The notes: a model not told the origin generated them from the sequence alone. A stretch of DNA of 64,000 bases from Candidatus Acidiferrales bacterium (GCA_035945715.1 DASYZX010000020.1:129622-193621); one strand, 5' to 3'; shown: positions 11,742 through 20,509, counted from the stretch's first letter. Numbers and translations are program-made.

Positions 11742-12140
11742 TACAGCGAGTCACGGACGAGTAAACGGGCGTTAACCTGAGCCGTTCATGGAACTGCCGG
11801 ACCCGGCGAAGGCAGGCGATCTCAGTACTTGCGTTGCCTAGTACTAGATGGTTTCACTGCTCGTCAATAGAGGAACTACCGGATTGCTCAAGACTGCGCC
11901 GTCTGTAGGATAAGGGGCAAAATGATGGGAGTTTCGCATTGATAACGAAGGAGAAGAGTCTGGGAGGACTCCTTGCCACCACCGCAGGGATCCTTGGAAC
12001 TCACTCCCTTACCAGTTCCCCACGGATTTCTCCTTTGCGAAATTCCCATCTCCTACTACAGGCATACTAAGGGCATCTGCAAGGGCATACATCATCCGAT
12101 TCGAGTGACCACACGGGGCTTCCGGGAGGGATGTTGTCTT

Positions 12141-13040
12141 CTAGCTCCGATAGGAAGCAGGTCCCAAGTCCTGGAGAGCATGGGCGACGCCGCGCAGGCG
12201 GAGCTTCAGGTTGGCAGAGAGGTTGCGTATCTCCTTGCGGTGACTTTCCAGGCTCGTCGATGAGACCTTCTCCAGGCGGGCGGCAAATCGATCCAGAGCG
12301 GAGTGGCACTCCGCATCCAAGAGCACGCGGTTCTGTTCGGCCCAGTCAGACATCAAAGAACTGAGCGCTTCGGTCGCTTGCTGGCTGAGGGCCTCGGTGA
12401 AATGCCGGACCGCTTCCTCTGAAAGCAAATCCAGCCGCGTCGATGTTTGTTCACAAAACGAGTCGAGACGGCGCTCCAAGCGGCTCGAAAACTCCTCGCA
12501 TTTCTTCGCAAAAAGATCCTCAAGCAGCATGGCTACTTGCTGGCCGGTTTTTGGTTCGGTGACGGGATTAACCTTCACGCGCACGGGTGTTTCCGTACCG
12601 GAAGAAAGCGCCGGCTCCGCGGTTTTTCTGGCGGACTCGCGCGCGCCCACATCGAAAATCGGCAGGCGCTGCACAGGAGGAGCTATGGCTGCGGCAGAAA
12701 ACCGATTCGGCCGCATGAAAGTGATCGGGTTGGCGGAGATCTGTTGGGGCAAGCGACCCTCGGCGACTGTCGCTGCAGGTGTAGTTGCCGGCCGAAGCGC
12801 CTGCGCGGGAAACTTTGCCGGAAGGCTTGCCTCCGATTGCCGGCGAGTGCTGGTAGCGCCGTAGCGGCCATCCCAGGAGGCCGCCAGAAACCCTCCGCCA
12901 AGCCGGGCCAGGGCACGCAGGCCGCGCCCGGCGCCCTCGAATCCAGTCAAGACGGCCTGACGACAACGGTGCCCCGCGACTGTTAAATGATCACGCTGCG
13001 CCTGCATCCAGGTCTTGCGATGGTCCTCTTGATTCGACAT
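12141..13040 (-). CDS. Hypothetical protein with Ala/Pro-rich linker and helical C-terminal half
   Basis: ORF in the same orientation as the upstream sigma-54 activator gene and overlapping its end. Start set at ATG 13040 (alternative 13007). The C-terminal ~130 aa are heptad-like ('LLEDLFAKKCEEFSSRLERRLDSF...'). No family recognised. Confidence 0.55.
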   Translation of the reverse strand: MSNQEDHRKTWMQAQRDHLTVAGHRCRQAVLTGFEGAGRGLRALARLGGGFLAASWDGRYGATSTRRQSEASLPAKFPAQALRPATTPAATVAEGRLPQQISANPITFMRPNRFSAAAIAPPVQRLPIFDVGARESARKTAEPALSSGTETPVRVKVNPVTEPKTGQQVAMLLEDLFAKKCEEFSSRLERRLDSFCEQTSTRLDLLSEEAVRHFTEALSQQATEALSSLMSDWAEQNRVLLDAECHSALDRFAARLEKVSSTSLESHRKEIRNLSANLKLRLRGVAHALQDLGPASYRS

Positions 13041-14157
13041 AGCCGTCACCTCGCCGCGAAGGGTCATTAATCCCGTATCGACGCATCTTGTTCCACAAGG
13101 TCTTCGTACTAATGTGGAGCGCACGGGCGGTTTCCGTGCGATTCCAGCGGCTCTTTCTGAGGCACTCCTCAATCATCCGCTTTTCGGCCTCGGCGCGAAT
13201 CGAAGCAATGCGCGGCTTAAGGCCTCCGGATTTCTCCTCTTTGTTATTCGCGTCCGGCGCTGTATCACCATTGCCTGAACGCAGTTCGGCAATCAAGGTC
13301 GCATCATCCTGGAGGATCAGATGACGGCAGATAAAACTCTTAAGCTCCCGGACATTGCCGGGCCAAGAATGCTGCATGCAAGCGTCAAAGGTGCGCTTCG
13401 ACAGCGGGCGGGGAAGGCAGCCCAAGTCGGCGGAAAGCAGGCGGATGAAGTAGTCGATAAACAAAGGAATGTCTTGGCGCCGTTCCCGCAGGGCGGGAAC
13501 GCGGAGCGTGATGGTGTTCAGCCGGTAGTACAGGTCGGTGCGAAACACTTTCTGCTCAATGGCCCGCTCGATATCGATGTTCGTGGCAGCAATTACGCGT
13601 ACGTCGACGGTCAGCAACCGGCGGCCACCGAGCCGGGAAAATTGCTTGTCTTGGAGAACATGCAGGAGTTTCGCCTGGAGACCCGGTGGCATTTCTCCGA
13701 TTTCATCGAGAAGGATGGTGCCGTGGTCACAAATCTCGAACAGGCCGGGTTTCGACCTTACGGCGCCTGTAAAGGCGCCCGGCTCGTAGCCGAAAAGTTC
13801 ACTCTCGAGCAACTCGGAAGGCAGGGCCGCGCAATTGATTTTGAGAAACGTGCGCCCGGCTCGGGGCGACAGCGCATGAAGTTTCCTTGCCGCGAACTCT
13901 TTTCCCACACCGGATTCCCCCAGAAGGAGGACCGGCACATCAACGCCGGCCACGCGGTCGATCTGTTGCTGAAGCTCGACCATCGCGGGGCTGCAGGAAG
14001 CGGATAATTCCTCCAACTCAGGAACGCCATCACCGGATGCACGGTTGCGGGCCGGGGCAGGATTCCGCCGGACCTCCGGAGTCGGAATCGATCGGTCAAA
14101 GTCAATCACACGTGCTGAAGCGTTCATCCAGGACTCCCGAGTTCCGGCCCGCATCAA
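12991..14157 (-). CDS. Sigma-54-dependent transcriptional activator (bEBP) lacking an N-terminal sensory or receiver domain
   Basis: AAA+ Walker A 'GESGVGKE'. Sigma-54 contact loop 'GAFTGA' ('YEPGAFTGAV'). C-terminal Fis-type HTH 'TARALHISTKTLWNKMRRYGI'. Only ~60 non-domain residues precede the AAA+ core. Confidence 0.9.
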   Translation of the reverse strand: MMRAGTRESWMNASARVIDFDRSIPTPEVRRNPAPARNRASGDGVPELEELSASCSPAMVELQQQIDRVAGVDVPVLLLGESGVGKEFAARKLHALSPRAGRTFLKINCAALPSELLESELFGYEPGAFTGAVRSKPGLFEICDHGTILLDEIGEMPPGLQAKLLHVLQDKQFSRLGGRRLLTVDVRVIAATNIDIERAIEQKVFRTDLYYRLNTITLRVPALRERRQDIPLFIDYFIRLLSADLGCLPRPLSKRTFDACMQHSWPGNVRELKSFICRHLILQDDATLIAELRSGNGDTAPDANNKEEKSGGLKPRIASIRAEAEKRMIEECLRKSRWNRTETARALHISTKTLWNKMRRYGINDPSRRGDGYVESRGPSQDLDAGAA

Positions 14158-14344
14158 CCGCCAGAATTCCAGGCGGGAGGAATCTGAAAGGCTCTAAACC
14201 CCTTTGTCAGCAAAAAGTCGCTGATGCCGTTCAATATCGTACTGAGAGCGGAGGAGTTTCACCATTAGGTGCATCGCTGAATTCCACGTGGGAAAAATCC
14301 CTAAGGAGATGTAGGGCAACCTCTCCGTCTCCTACAGCGCCCAA

Positions 14345-14977
14345 CTACGCCTGCACCAGCCCGCGCCGAATGGCATAACGGACGAGCCCCGCGGTCTCGT
14401 GAATGTCGAGCTTTTCCATAATGCGGGTACGATGCGTCTCGGCGGTCTTGACGCTGATGTTAAGGACTCCTGCTACTTCCTTAGTGGTTTTGCCCTCGGC
14501 GATGAGCTGCAGAACTTGCCGTTCCCGCGGACTGAGCGGTTCGGATGAAAGTTCGGTCTTGTTCTGATAGGCCTGGACCACGGCGCGCGACACTTCGGGG
14601 CTGAGGTACACACCGCCGCGGGAGGCTTCGCGGATCGCCTGAACCAGATTCTCCGCGGCGTGCGTCTTGACCACGTATCCTTTTGCGCCGACACGAAGGG
14701 CATCGAGCAAATACGGGTCCTCGTCGTGCACCGTCAGGAAAATGGTTTTCGTTTGCGGCGAAACCTTCTGAATTTCCTTGGCGGCATCAATACCATTGAG
14801 GACCGCCATGCTAACGTCCAGCACGGCGACGTCGGGATGCAGCGACTCGGCGATTTTGACGGCTTCCTGTCCATTGGAGGCTTCGCCAACAATCTTGAGT
14901 CCTTCCTTTTCCAGCAATACTTTCAACGACTGGCGAACGATTTGGTGGTCATCAGCGAGTAACACTTGTATCGGCAT
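14345..14977 (-). CDS. NarL/LuxR-family response regulator (REC + HTH)
   Basis: 'IQVLLADDHQIVRQ', 'DVAVLDVSMAVLNG', and LuxR HTH 'LSPRERQVLQLIAEGKTTKEVAGVLNISVKTAETHR'. Confidence 0.95.
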   Translation of the reverse strand: MPIQVLLADDHQIVRQSLKVLLEKEGLKIVGEASNGQEAVKIAESLHPDVAVLDVSMAVLNGIDAAKEIQKVSPQTKTIFLTVHDEDPYLLDALRVGAKGYVVKTHAAENLVQAIREASRGGVYLSPEVSRAVVQAYQNKTELSSEPLSPRERQVLQLIAEGKTTKEVAGVLNISVKTAETHRTRIMEKLDIHETAGLVRYAIRRGLVQA

Positions 14978-14980
14978 GGC

Positions 14981-15889
14981 TTAAGCCTCCACGGGGATCA
15001 GAATCTTAAGTTCCGTCCCCTGTTGCGGTGCAGAATCGATCTGCAGTGTTCCTCCGAGAACATTCAAACGCTCTCGCATTCCCAAAAGGCCCAATGCATT
15101 CCTACTTCCCTTTGCGATGGCGGGATCGAAGCCGACCCCGTCATCCCGAATGGAACAGTGAAACTCGCCGGGGCTCCTCCAGAGCCGGATATTGACGCGA
15201 GAAGCTTTGGCGTGCCTGGCCACGTTGTTCAACGCTTCCTGTGCCACGCGGTACATTGCAGCTTCGACCGACTTCGTCAGGCGCGGGCTAAGCTTTCCAT
15301 CAACGCTCACGGGCAATGCAAAACGCTTTGAAAACTTCTCCGCAAGAGTTTGCAGGGCCGGCAAAAGCCCATAGTCATCCAACACGGTCGGGCGAAGTTC
15401 GTGCGAGAAATTCCGCAACTGCTGCTCGACCTGTTCGAGCAGCGACTCCACTTCTCCGAGGTCGAGCTGCACGGCCGGAGAAACGCTGCGCGCCATTTGT
15501 CGCAACTGAATGTGAACCGCGGCCAGTAGCTGGCCGGATTCATCATGGAGCGCCCGGGCAATCCTGCGGGTCTCGCTTTCTAGAGATTCATTCAAGCGGC
15601 GCAAAGTGTCATTGGCCTCGCCGAAGGCACGATGTGTCATTTCGAACGGAGACATCGACTCAACCAGAAACTCGCCGGCAGGCCGCAGCACTTCATCCTG
15701 CTGATCCCTGTGGCCATTCGACAGAATCGCTTCCAACGCGTGCTGATGCACACCGATCATGTCCAGAATTCCGCGGCCTTCGCTCAGCGCGCGGCGCCCA
15801 AGCTCATAGGCCTGCTTCAACGAAACTTCGCCGCCCTGGCGGAGATAGGTTCTTAGCGCGCGTTCATACTCACCGTGCAGCCCATCCAC
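14981..15889 (-). CDS. Histidine kinase: RsbU_N-like N-terminal domain + HisKA_3 + HATPase_c
   Basis: Start set at GTG 15889 with a GGAGG SD, overlapping the rsbX stop. N-terminus 'YERALRTYLRQGGEVSLKQAYELGRRALSEGRGILDMIGVHQHAL' resembles the RsbU N-terminal (RsbT-binding) domain. H-box 'RIARALHDESGQ'. ATPase motifs 'NNVARHA', 'DDGVGF', 'GLLGMRER'. Confidence 0.85.
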   Translation of the reverse strand: MDGLHGEYERALRTYLRQGGEVSLKQAYELGRRALSEGRGILDMIGVHQHALEAILSNGHRDQQDEVLRPAGEFLVESMSPFEMTHRAFGEANDTLRRLNESLESETRRIARALHDESGQLLAAVHIQLRQMARSVSPAVQLDLGEVESLLEQVEQQLRNFSHELRPTVLDDYGLLPALQTLAEKFSKRFALPVSVDGKLSPRLTKSVEAAMYRVAQEALNNVARHAKASRVNIRLWRSPGEFHCSIRDDGVGFDPAIAKGSRNALGLLGMRERLNVLGGTLQIDSAPQQGTELKILIPVEA

Positions 15890-16496
15890 TGGGCACCTCC
15901 TTTTGCGGCCCGGTGTACCGCGCAACGAGCACCAATGCGTCGTCGGTTCCGCGCGCGAATCGCGCGAGAACAGCGTCGGCGGTGGCTTGCGCGGAATCCG
16001 CTTTGAGCCTGTCGGCAAAACCCAGGCGGACTCCATCGGTCACAAAAATCAGCGTGTCGCCTCTCGACACAGGAACAATGGAAGCAACCAATGAGGGCAA
16101 CTGGTCGCCGACCACTCCGCCGCGAAGCGGGAGCACCTCCTGGCTCGTCGTTCCGTAAGAATCGCGATGAAGAAGCACGCCTTCCACGTTTCCGACACCG
16201 AGCCAGGTGACGGTGGCGTCACTCGCGTTAAAAGAAGCCAAGCTCATCACAACGCCGCGCGTCGGTTTCAGTTTTTCGTGGCACATCCGCACCAGGGTCA
16301 TGACCGACTCCTGCGCATTGTGTTCGAGAACTTCGGTGGCGATTCGCGCCGCCGCCGCAGCTTCCGTCCCGTGACCGAGGCCATCAACCACAGCAACCAA
16401 CGCTCCTCCGTCAAACTGTACGATGGCGTGGCGGTCGCCTATTTCCGTCTGTCCAGGCAAAGCCTGTGCCGCGACACCGCAATCGACGAATGACAT
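15870..16496 (-). CDS. rsbX: PP2C-type (SpoIIE-fold) phosphatase, RsbX-like
   Basis: ~208 aa. 'GDRHAIVQFDGGALVAVVDGLGHG' and 'TLIFVTDGV' PP2C metal-site motifs. TAATG overlap with rsbT. Confidence 0.85.
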   Translation of the reverse strand: MSFVDCGVAAQALPGQTEIGDRHAIVQFDGGALVAVVDGLGHGTEAAAAARIATEVLEHNAQESVMTLVRMCHEKLKPTRGVVMSLASFNASDATVTWLGVGNVEGVLLHRDSYGTTSQEVLPLRGGVVGDQLPSLVASIVPVSRGDTLIFVTDGVRLGFADRLKADSAQATADAVLARFARGTDDALVLVARYTGPQKEVPSGWAAR

Positions 16497-16948
16497 TACC
16501 TTTTCCATTTGCGCGCGGTCACCGTGGTGCCGTGTCCGACCCTCGATTCAATTTCGAATTCGTCCATCAGCCGCCGAACGCCGGGCAGGCCAAGTCCCAA
16601 GCTCCGCGATGTGGAAAACCCTCCCTGCAGGGCGCGGCGAATGTCTGGAATGCCGGGGCCTTGATCGCAAGCGCGAACCATGACGCCGCGCTGCTCGCCG
16701 CGTTCGAGCACGCGCAGCACGATTTCACCCTGCTTTGCGTAAAGCACGATGTTCCTTGCCAACTCGGAGATTGCGGTGGCTATCAGAGTCAACTCACTTG
16801 AAGAAAAGCCCAGTGTTGCAGCGAGCACGCGCCCTTTTTGGCGCGCCGAAACAATGTCGGTATCTTCGTTGATTCGCACGGCAATTTCTTCGAGCACACG
16901 ATCGCGCGAATGTTCGAAGGAACGCTCTGCGGACGCCGCAGCCGCCAT
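16496..16948 (-). CDS. rsbT: RsbT-like serine/threonine switch kinase (HATPase_c_2)
   Basis: 'ELARNIVLYAKQGEIVL...ACDQGPGIPD...GLGLPGVRRLMDEFEI', a Bergerat-fold anti-sigma/RsbT-type kinase. Start set at ATG 16948, 10 nt after the rsbS stop. Confidence 0.9.
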   Translation of the reverse strand: MAAAASAERSFEHSRDRVLEEIAVRINEDTDIVSARQKGRVLAATLGFSSSELTLIATAISELARNIVLYAKQGEIVLRVLERGEQRGVMVRACDQGPGIPDIRRALQGGFSTSRSLGLGLPGVRRLMDEFEIESRVGHGTTVTARKWKR

Positions 16949-16958
16949 AGGATTCCGC

Positions 16959-17345
16959 TCAGCGTCCACGGGAGTTCGCTTCCTTGGCGGGGCTCGCGTC
17001 CTTTTTGCTGAGAAACGCGATCCCTTCCTCAAGGTCAAGTGCGGTAGGCACTCCCTCCAGTTTCAATCCAAGCTGCACCATGGTGAACGCAACGTCGGGC
17101 TGTATGCCGACGATGACCGTCTCGGCGCCACGCAACCGAATCATGAAAGTGATGTCGCGGAGGGTGCGGGTGGCGAACGAATCCATCACATCAAGGGCGG
17201 TAACGTCGACAATCACGCCGCGCGAACGCAGACGGCCGACCTGTTCGACAAGCGCGTCGCGCAACTGCACAAGATCCGCGTCGGAAAGCGCCGACTGAAT
17301 CGATGCGATGAGATACGGGCCTTGTTTGAGAATGGGGACTTCCAC
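16959..17345 (-). CDS. rsbS: RsbS-like single-STAS stressosome scaffold protein
   Basis: 128 aa STAS domain 'VPILKQGPYLIASIQSALSD...GVIVDVTALDVMDSFATRTL...VIVGIQPDVAFTMVQLG'. The 'DSF' serine typical of the RsbS phospho-site is conserved. Confidence 0.9.
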   Translation of the reverse strand: MEVPILKQGPYLIASIQSALSDADLVQLRDALVEQVGRLRSRGVIVDVTALDVMDSFATRTLRDITFMIRLRGAETVIVGIQPDVAFTMVQLGLKLEGVPTALDLEEGIAFLSKKDASPAKEANSRGR

Positions 17346-17354
17346 AATTTGTCC

Positions 17355-18290
17355 TTAGGCGTGATCCGCTGATTCCGTGAAAGGCACGACTTTGTAGCCC
17401 AGTAGGCGCTCGGCTTCTTCGATTCCGCCTTGCAGGTCGCCGACCGTGTTCATCTTGCCCAAATCGACGCCAATGGTTACCAGAGTCTGCGCGATTTCCG
17501 GGGACAATCCGGTAATAATGACGGTGGCGCCCAGCAAACGGGTGGCCTCGACGGTTTGCACCAGGTTATTCGCGACGTTTGCGTCCATTACAGGCACGCC
17601 GGTGATGTCAATGACGACCACTTTTGCACGGTTCGTGCGTATGCCGCGCAGCAATTGCTCGGTCAACTGGCGGGCGCGCTGCGGATCGATTACGCCGATG
17701 ATGGGAAGAATCAGAAGGCGCTCGCGGACCTGCAGCACCGGAGTGGACAGCACGCGAATCGCTTCCTGCTGTTCGCGGATGACGCGCTCGCGCTCTTGAA
17801 CGAAGCCGACCGCCACGGTGTTCGCGATGCGGTTCGCGGCGGGCTCGTAAGCGTCCAGGATGCGGTTGAGGAGAGCGAAGTCATTCTGATACTTGGCGAA
17901 CAAAGAGCGCGCGAGCACGTCGCGCAACAGAAGCACGATGCCGACAACTTCATGGGTCTCGACGCCTCGAGGAATGATGCGTTCGGAAAGGTTGCGCGCA
18001 TATGCTTGCAGCGCCTCGAAGGTTCCGGTTTCCAGCGCTTCCACATAGTTGTCGTACACGGATGTAGCTTCGGCGAAAATCTCTTCCTTGGTCATTGCCG
18101 TCAGCAACTTGGCTTCGGTGATGCGGCGGGCCCATTCTTCGCGCAATTGTGTTCGATTCTGCCGGAGGTGTGCGACCAATTGACGCAGCAGCTCGGCCGT
18201 TGGCGCGGTCATCTGATGCGCCGGCCCAAAGGTGGTTCGTATCTCTCGCGTCTCGCGTGTCTCTCGCGTCTCGCGTGTCTCTTGTGCCAT
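17355..18290 (-). CDS. rsbR: RsbR-like stressosome sensor (N-terminal non-haem globin-type domain + C-terminal STAS)
   Basis: C-terminus 'LSTPVLQVRERLLILPIIGVIDPQRARQL...VVVIDITGVPVMDANVANNL...VIITGLSPEIAQTLVTIGVDL' matches the RsbR STAS. The helical N-terminal ~150 aa is RsbR_N-like. Confidence 0.9.
   Translation of the reverse strand: MAQETRETRETRETREIRTTFGPAHQMTAPTAELLRQLVAHLRQNRTQLREEWARRITEAKLLTAMTKEEIFAEATSVYDNYVEALETGTFEALQAYARNLSERIIPRGVETHEVVGIVLLLRDVLARSLFAKYQNDFALLNRILDAYEPAANRIANTVAVGFVQERERVIREQQEAIRVLSTPVLQVRERLLILPIIGVIDPQRARQLTEQLLRGIRTNRAKVVVIDITGVPVMDANVANNLVQTVEATRLLGATVIITGLSPEIAQTLVTIGVDLGKMNTVGDLQGGIEEAERLLGYKVVPFTESADHA
18243..18281 (-). repeat. In-frame tandem repeat at the 5' end of rsbR (18-bp unit x2 plus 3 bp, 9-bp subperiod) encoding (ETR)x4
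   Basis: The + strand reads ctctcgcgtctcgcgtgt twice in perfect succession (18243-18260 and 18261-18278). Translation is MAQ-ETR-ETR-ETR-ETR-EIR. Confidence 0.9.
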
Positions 18291-18465
18291 CCGGTCTCCT
18301 CCTGTTTTTCACACGCCAGTGAACCGAGGCATGTAAGGAAACTCTCTGACCAGCCTGTAAGGCACAAACATTCTTGCAGGCCCGTAAATACTGTGGAATC
18401 GGGGAAGCACCCTGAATTTGCCCAGTATTTTACTTACAGCGTTTACTGTAGAAACTGCATGTAAT

Positions 18466-20181
18466 TCAATTTATGGCGGTTGCGGCTATTTTGGAACCGG
18501 ATCTCGGGCGGAATTCTTTGCCGGCTAGTACGGCTTTTACCGCGGCAATCAGATCGCGGCCTGCCTTGCCTTTCGACAGAAAACCGTGAGCGCCCGCGTG
18601 GAAACTTTCTTGCGCCGTCTGTTCGGAGTCGTGAACGGTGAAGATGAGGATCTTGGTTTCCGGACGAGCGCGGAGAATCTGGCGCACCACGGCGAGTCCG
18701 TTCAACGCTGGCATATTGATGTCGAGAATGACCAGGTCCGGCTTGAGGCTCAGCGCTTTTTCGACGGCCTCAATGCCATCGGTGGCTTCACCGCAGATTC
18801 GGAGACCCGCTTCGCTTTCCAGCATGGAGCGCACTCCGCGACGGAGCATCTCGTGGTCATCAGCCACTAATATGCGATGCGCCGCCGATTTTCGTTCGTC
18901 GGTGAGTCTCTCTCCGGGAGCACCCAGGCTCTCGAGGTCAACCGGCAGGAAAAGCTCCTGAAGGGGCAGGGTGGCGACTACTACGGTGCCCTTGCCGAGC
19001 TGCGAGAGAATCTCCAACTGGCCGGAAAGCTGGCGGATGCGCTGCCTCATGCCCTGAATTCCAACACCCAACGGCGCAATCGCACCGCCCGGTGCTTTGG
19101 CTTTTTCGACCGGCATGCCCTTGCCGGAGTCGCCGATCTCCAGTTTAAACTCATCTTCATCGACGCGAACGCGAACGTATGCCGTGCGGCTACCGGAATA
19201 TCGATGAACGTTGGTGAGACTCTCCTGCACGACGCGAAACAGCGCGACCTCGGCATCGGGCCGAAGACGAGGCAAATTGCGCGCAATATCCACATCGACG
19301 CGAATTCCCGTGCGCTTCTGAAAGCCCTGCGCATACCATTTAACCGCCGCAGGCAATCCCAATTCGTCAAGCAAGGGAGGGTGCAAGAGATAGGACAGTG
19401 TACGGATTTCCTCGCTGATTTGATTCGTGAGGTCCAGACACTGCGCGATGGATTCCCGGGTCTCCTCATTGGCCGTGGGCGAAACGAGGCGCGTCATACG
19501 CGAAAGGGCGATGCACTGCAAGGCGAGTTTCTGGCCGGTTACATCATGGAGATCGCGCGCAATGCGTCGCCGCTCCTCGTCCTGAAGTTCGAGGAGGCGC
19601 GAGGAAAGCTGCCGCAGCGCTTCTTCGTTCGCCTGGAGGGCTTCGTTTGCGTCGGAAAGCTCGGTCAAATCCGTCGCGACAGCGCACACGGTTTGCAGTT
19701 CCGCGCCTTTGACAGGACTCAGTGACAAGCGAATCGACGTCTGTCGAGAACCGTTCAACTGGAGATCAACTTCTCCTTTGACGCTGCCGCGAGTCCCGCT
19801 TTCGAGGAGGGCCTTGAGCCTGGGCGCTTCGGTCGCCGCAACGTGGTCTTGCAATCGAGTGCCGATGAACTTCTCGAGCGGAAGGCCCGCAAGCTGGGCG
19901 AAGCGATTGTTGGCGTAAAGAACCGTGCCGTCGCCGTCGAGGGTGGCCGCGCCTTCATTGATGGTCTCAACAAGAACGCGATAAGGATGTTCCGCGCCCT
20001 GCAAAAGAAAAATGCGCTCGCCCTCGGCCAGCTTTACGACTACCGCGTCGACCTCGCCTCGGCGAATGGCAGTAAATATCTGCTCGAGTTCCGCGATACG
20101 CCGGCGCAACGCGGCGTCTTCGCGTCTTCGCGGAACGGCTCCTCGTTGGGAGCGTGCGGAATGGTTAGTTCGGTTTTTCAT
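18466..20181 (-). CDS. Hybrid sensor histidine kinase: PAS + HisKA_3 + HATPase_c + C-terminal receiver
   Basis: PAS region 'TINEGAATLDGDGTVLYANNRFAQLAGLP'. H-box 'RRIARDLHDVTGQKL'. ATPase motifs 'TNVHRYS', 'DSGKGMP', 'GIQGMRQR'. REC 'RILVADDHEMLRRG...DLVILDINMPALNG'. 17-nt overlap with the upstream kaiB. Confidence 0.92.
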   Translation of the reverse strand: MKNRTNHSARSQRGAVPRRREDAALRRRIAELEQIFTAIRRGEVDAVVVKLAEGERIFLLQGAEHPYRVLVETINEGAATLDGDGTVLYANNRFAQLAGLPLEKFIGTRLQDHVAATEAPRLKALLESGTRGSVKGEVDLQLNGSRQTSIRLSLSPVKGAELQTVCAVATDLTELSDANEALQANEEALRQLSSRLLELQDEERRRIARDLHDVTGQKLALQCIALSRMTRLVSPTANEETRESIAQCLDLTNQISEEIRTLSYLLHPPLLDELGLPAAVKWYAQGFQKRTGIRVDVDIARNLPRLRPDAEVALFRVVQESLTNVHRYSGSRTAYVRVRVDEDEFKLEIGDSGKGMPVEKAKAPGGAIAPLGVGIQGMRQRIRQLSGQLEILSQLGKGTVVVATLPLQELFLPVDLESLGAPGERLTDERKSAAHRILVADDHEMLRRGVRSMLESEAGLRICGEATDGIEAVEKALSLKPDLVILDINMPALNGLAVVRQILRARPETKILIFTVHDSEQTAQESFHAGAHGFLSKGKAGRDLIAAVKAVLAGKEFRPRSGSKIAATAIN

Positions 20182-20509
20182 CGCGGATCCCGAGCCCGGC
20201 TAACAGCTGCGCTTGGTCTGAAAGATTGCCGACCAGTTTTCGGACTGGAACTGGACGAGCTCTCACAAGCGTGGGCGTAGCTATGATTTGCGCCTCTCTG
20301 GCCAATTCGGGTTGTTGGCAGATGTCGATCACTTCGATGTCGTACTGCCCCTCCAAGTGGCTCTGACAAGCGCGCACCAGATTTCGCACCGAAGCCGATG
20401 ACAGGCTGCTCTGGCCAGTTATGTACAGCCTGAGAACGTAGGCCTTTGTGCGTACCGCTTTCGGCTTGCCGGCACTTGTCCTGCGCCGAGTCTTGTTATG
20501 TCTAGTCAC
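20165..20509 (-). CDS. kaiB: KaiB paralogue 2, with a basic N-terminal extension
   Basis: '[21 protein letters not shown]...[43 protein letters not shown]' aligns with the KaiB thioredoxin-like fold. Start set at GTG 20509, overlapping the kaiB1 stop by 8 nt. The ATG of the track ORF lies inside kaiB1. Confidence 0.85.
   Translation of the reverse strand: MTRHNKTRRRTSAGKPKAVRTKAYVLRLYITGQSSLSSASVRNLVRACQSHLEGQYDIEVIDICQQPELAREAQIIATPTLVRARPVPVRKLVGNLSDQAQLLAGLGIRDEKPN

Noticed and set aside
12061-12095. GGCAT...GGGCAT strings resembling a sigma-54 -24/-12 promoter ('aGGCATactaagGGCAt').
   Set aside because: The -12 element is GGGCA rather than TTGCA. The motif is on the plus strand with no downstream plus-strand gene. 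The TGGCAC at about 11660 lies inside the REC gene with incorrect spacing. No convincing sigma-54 promoter was found.
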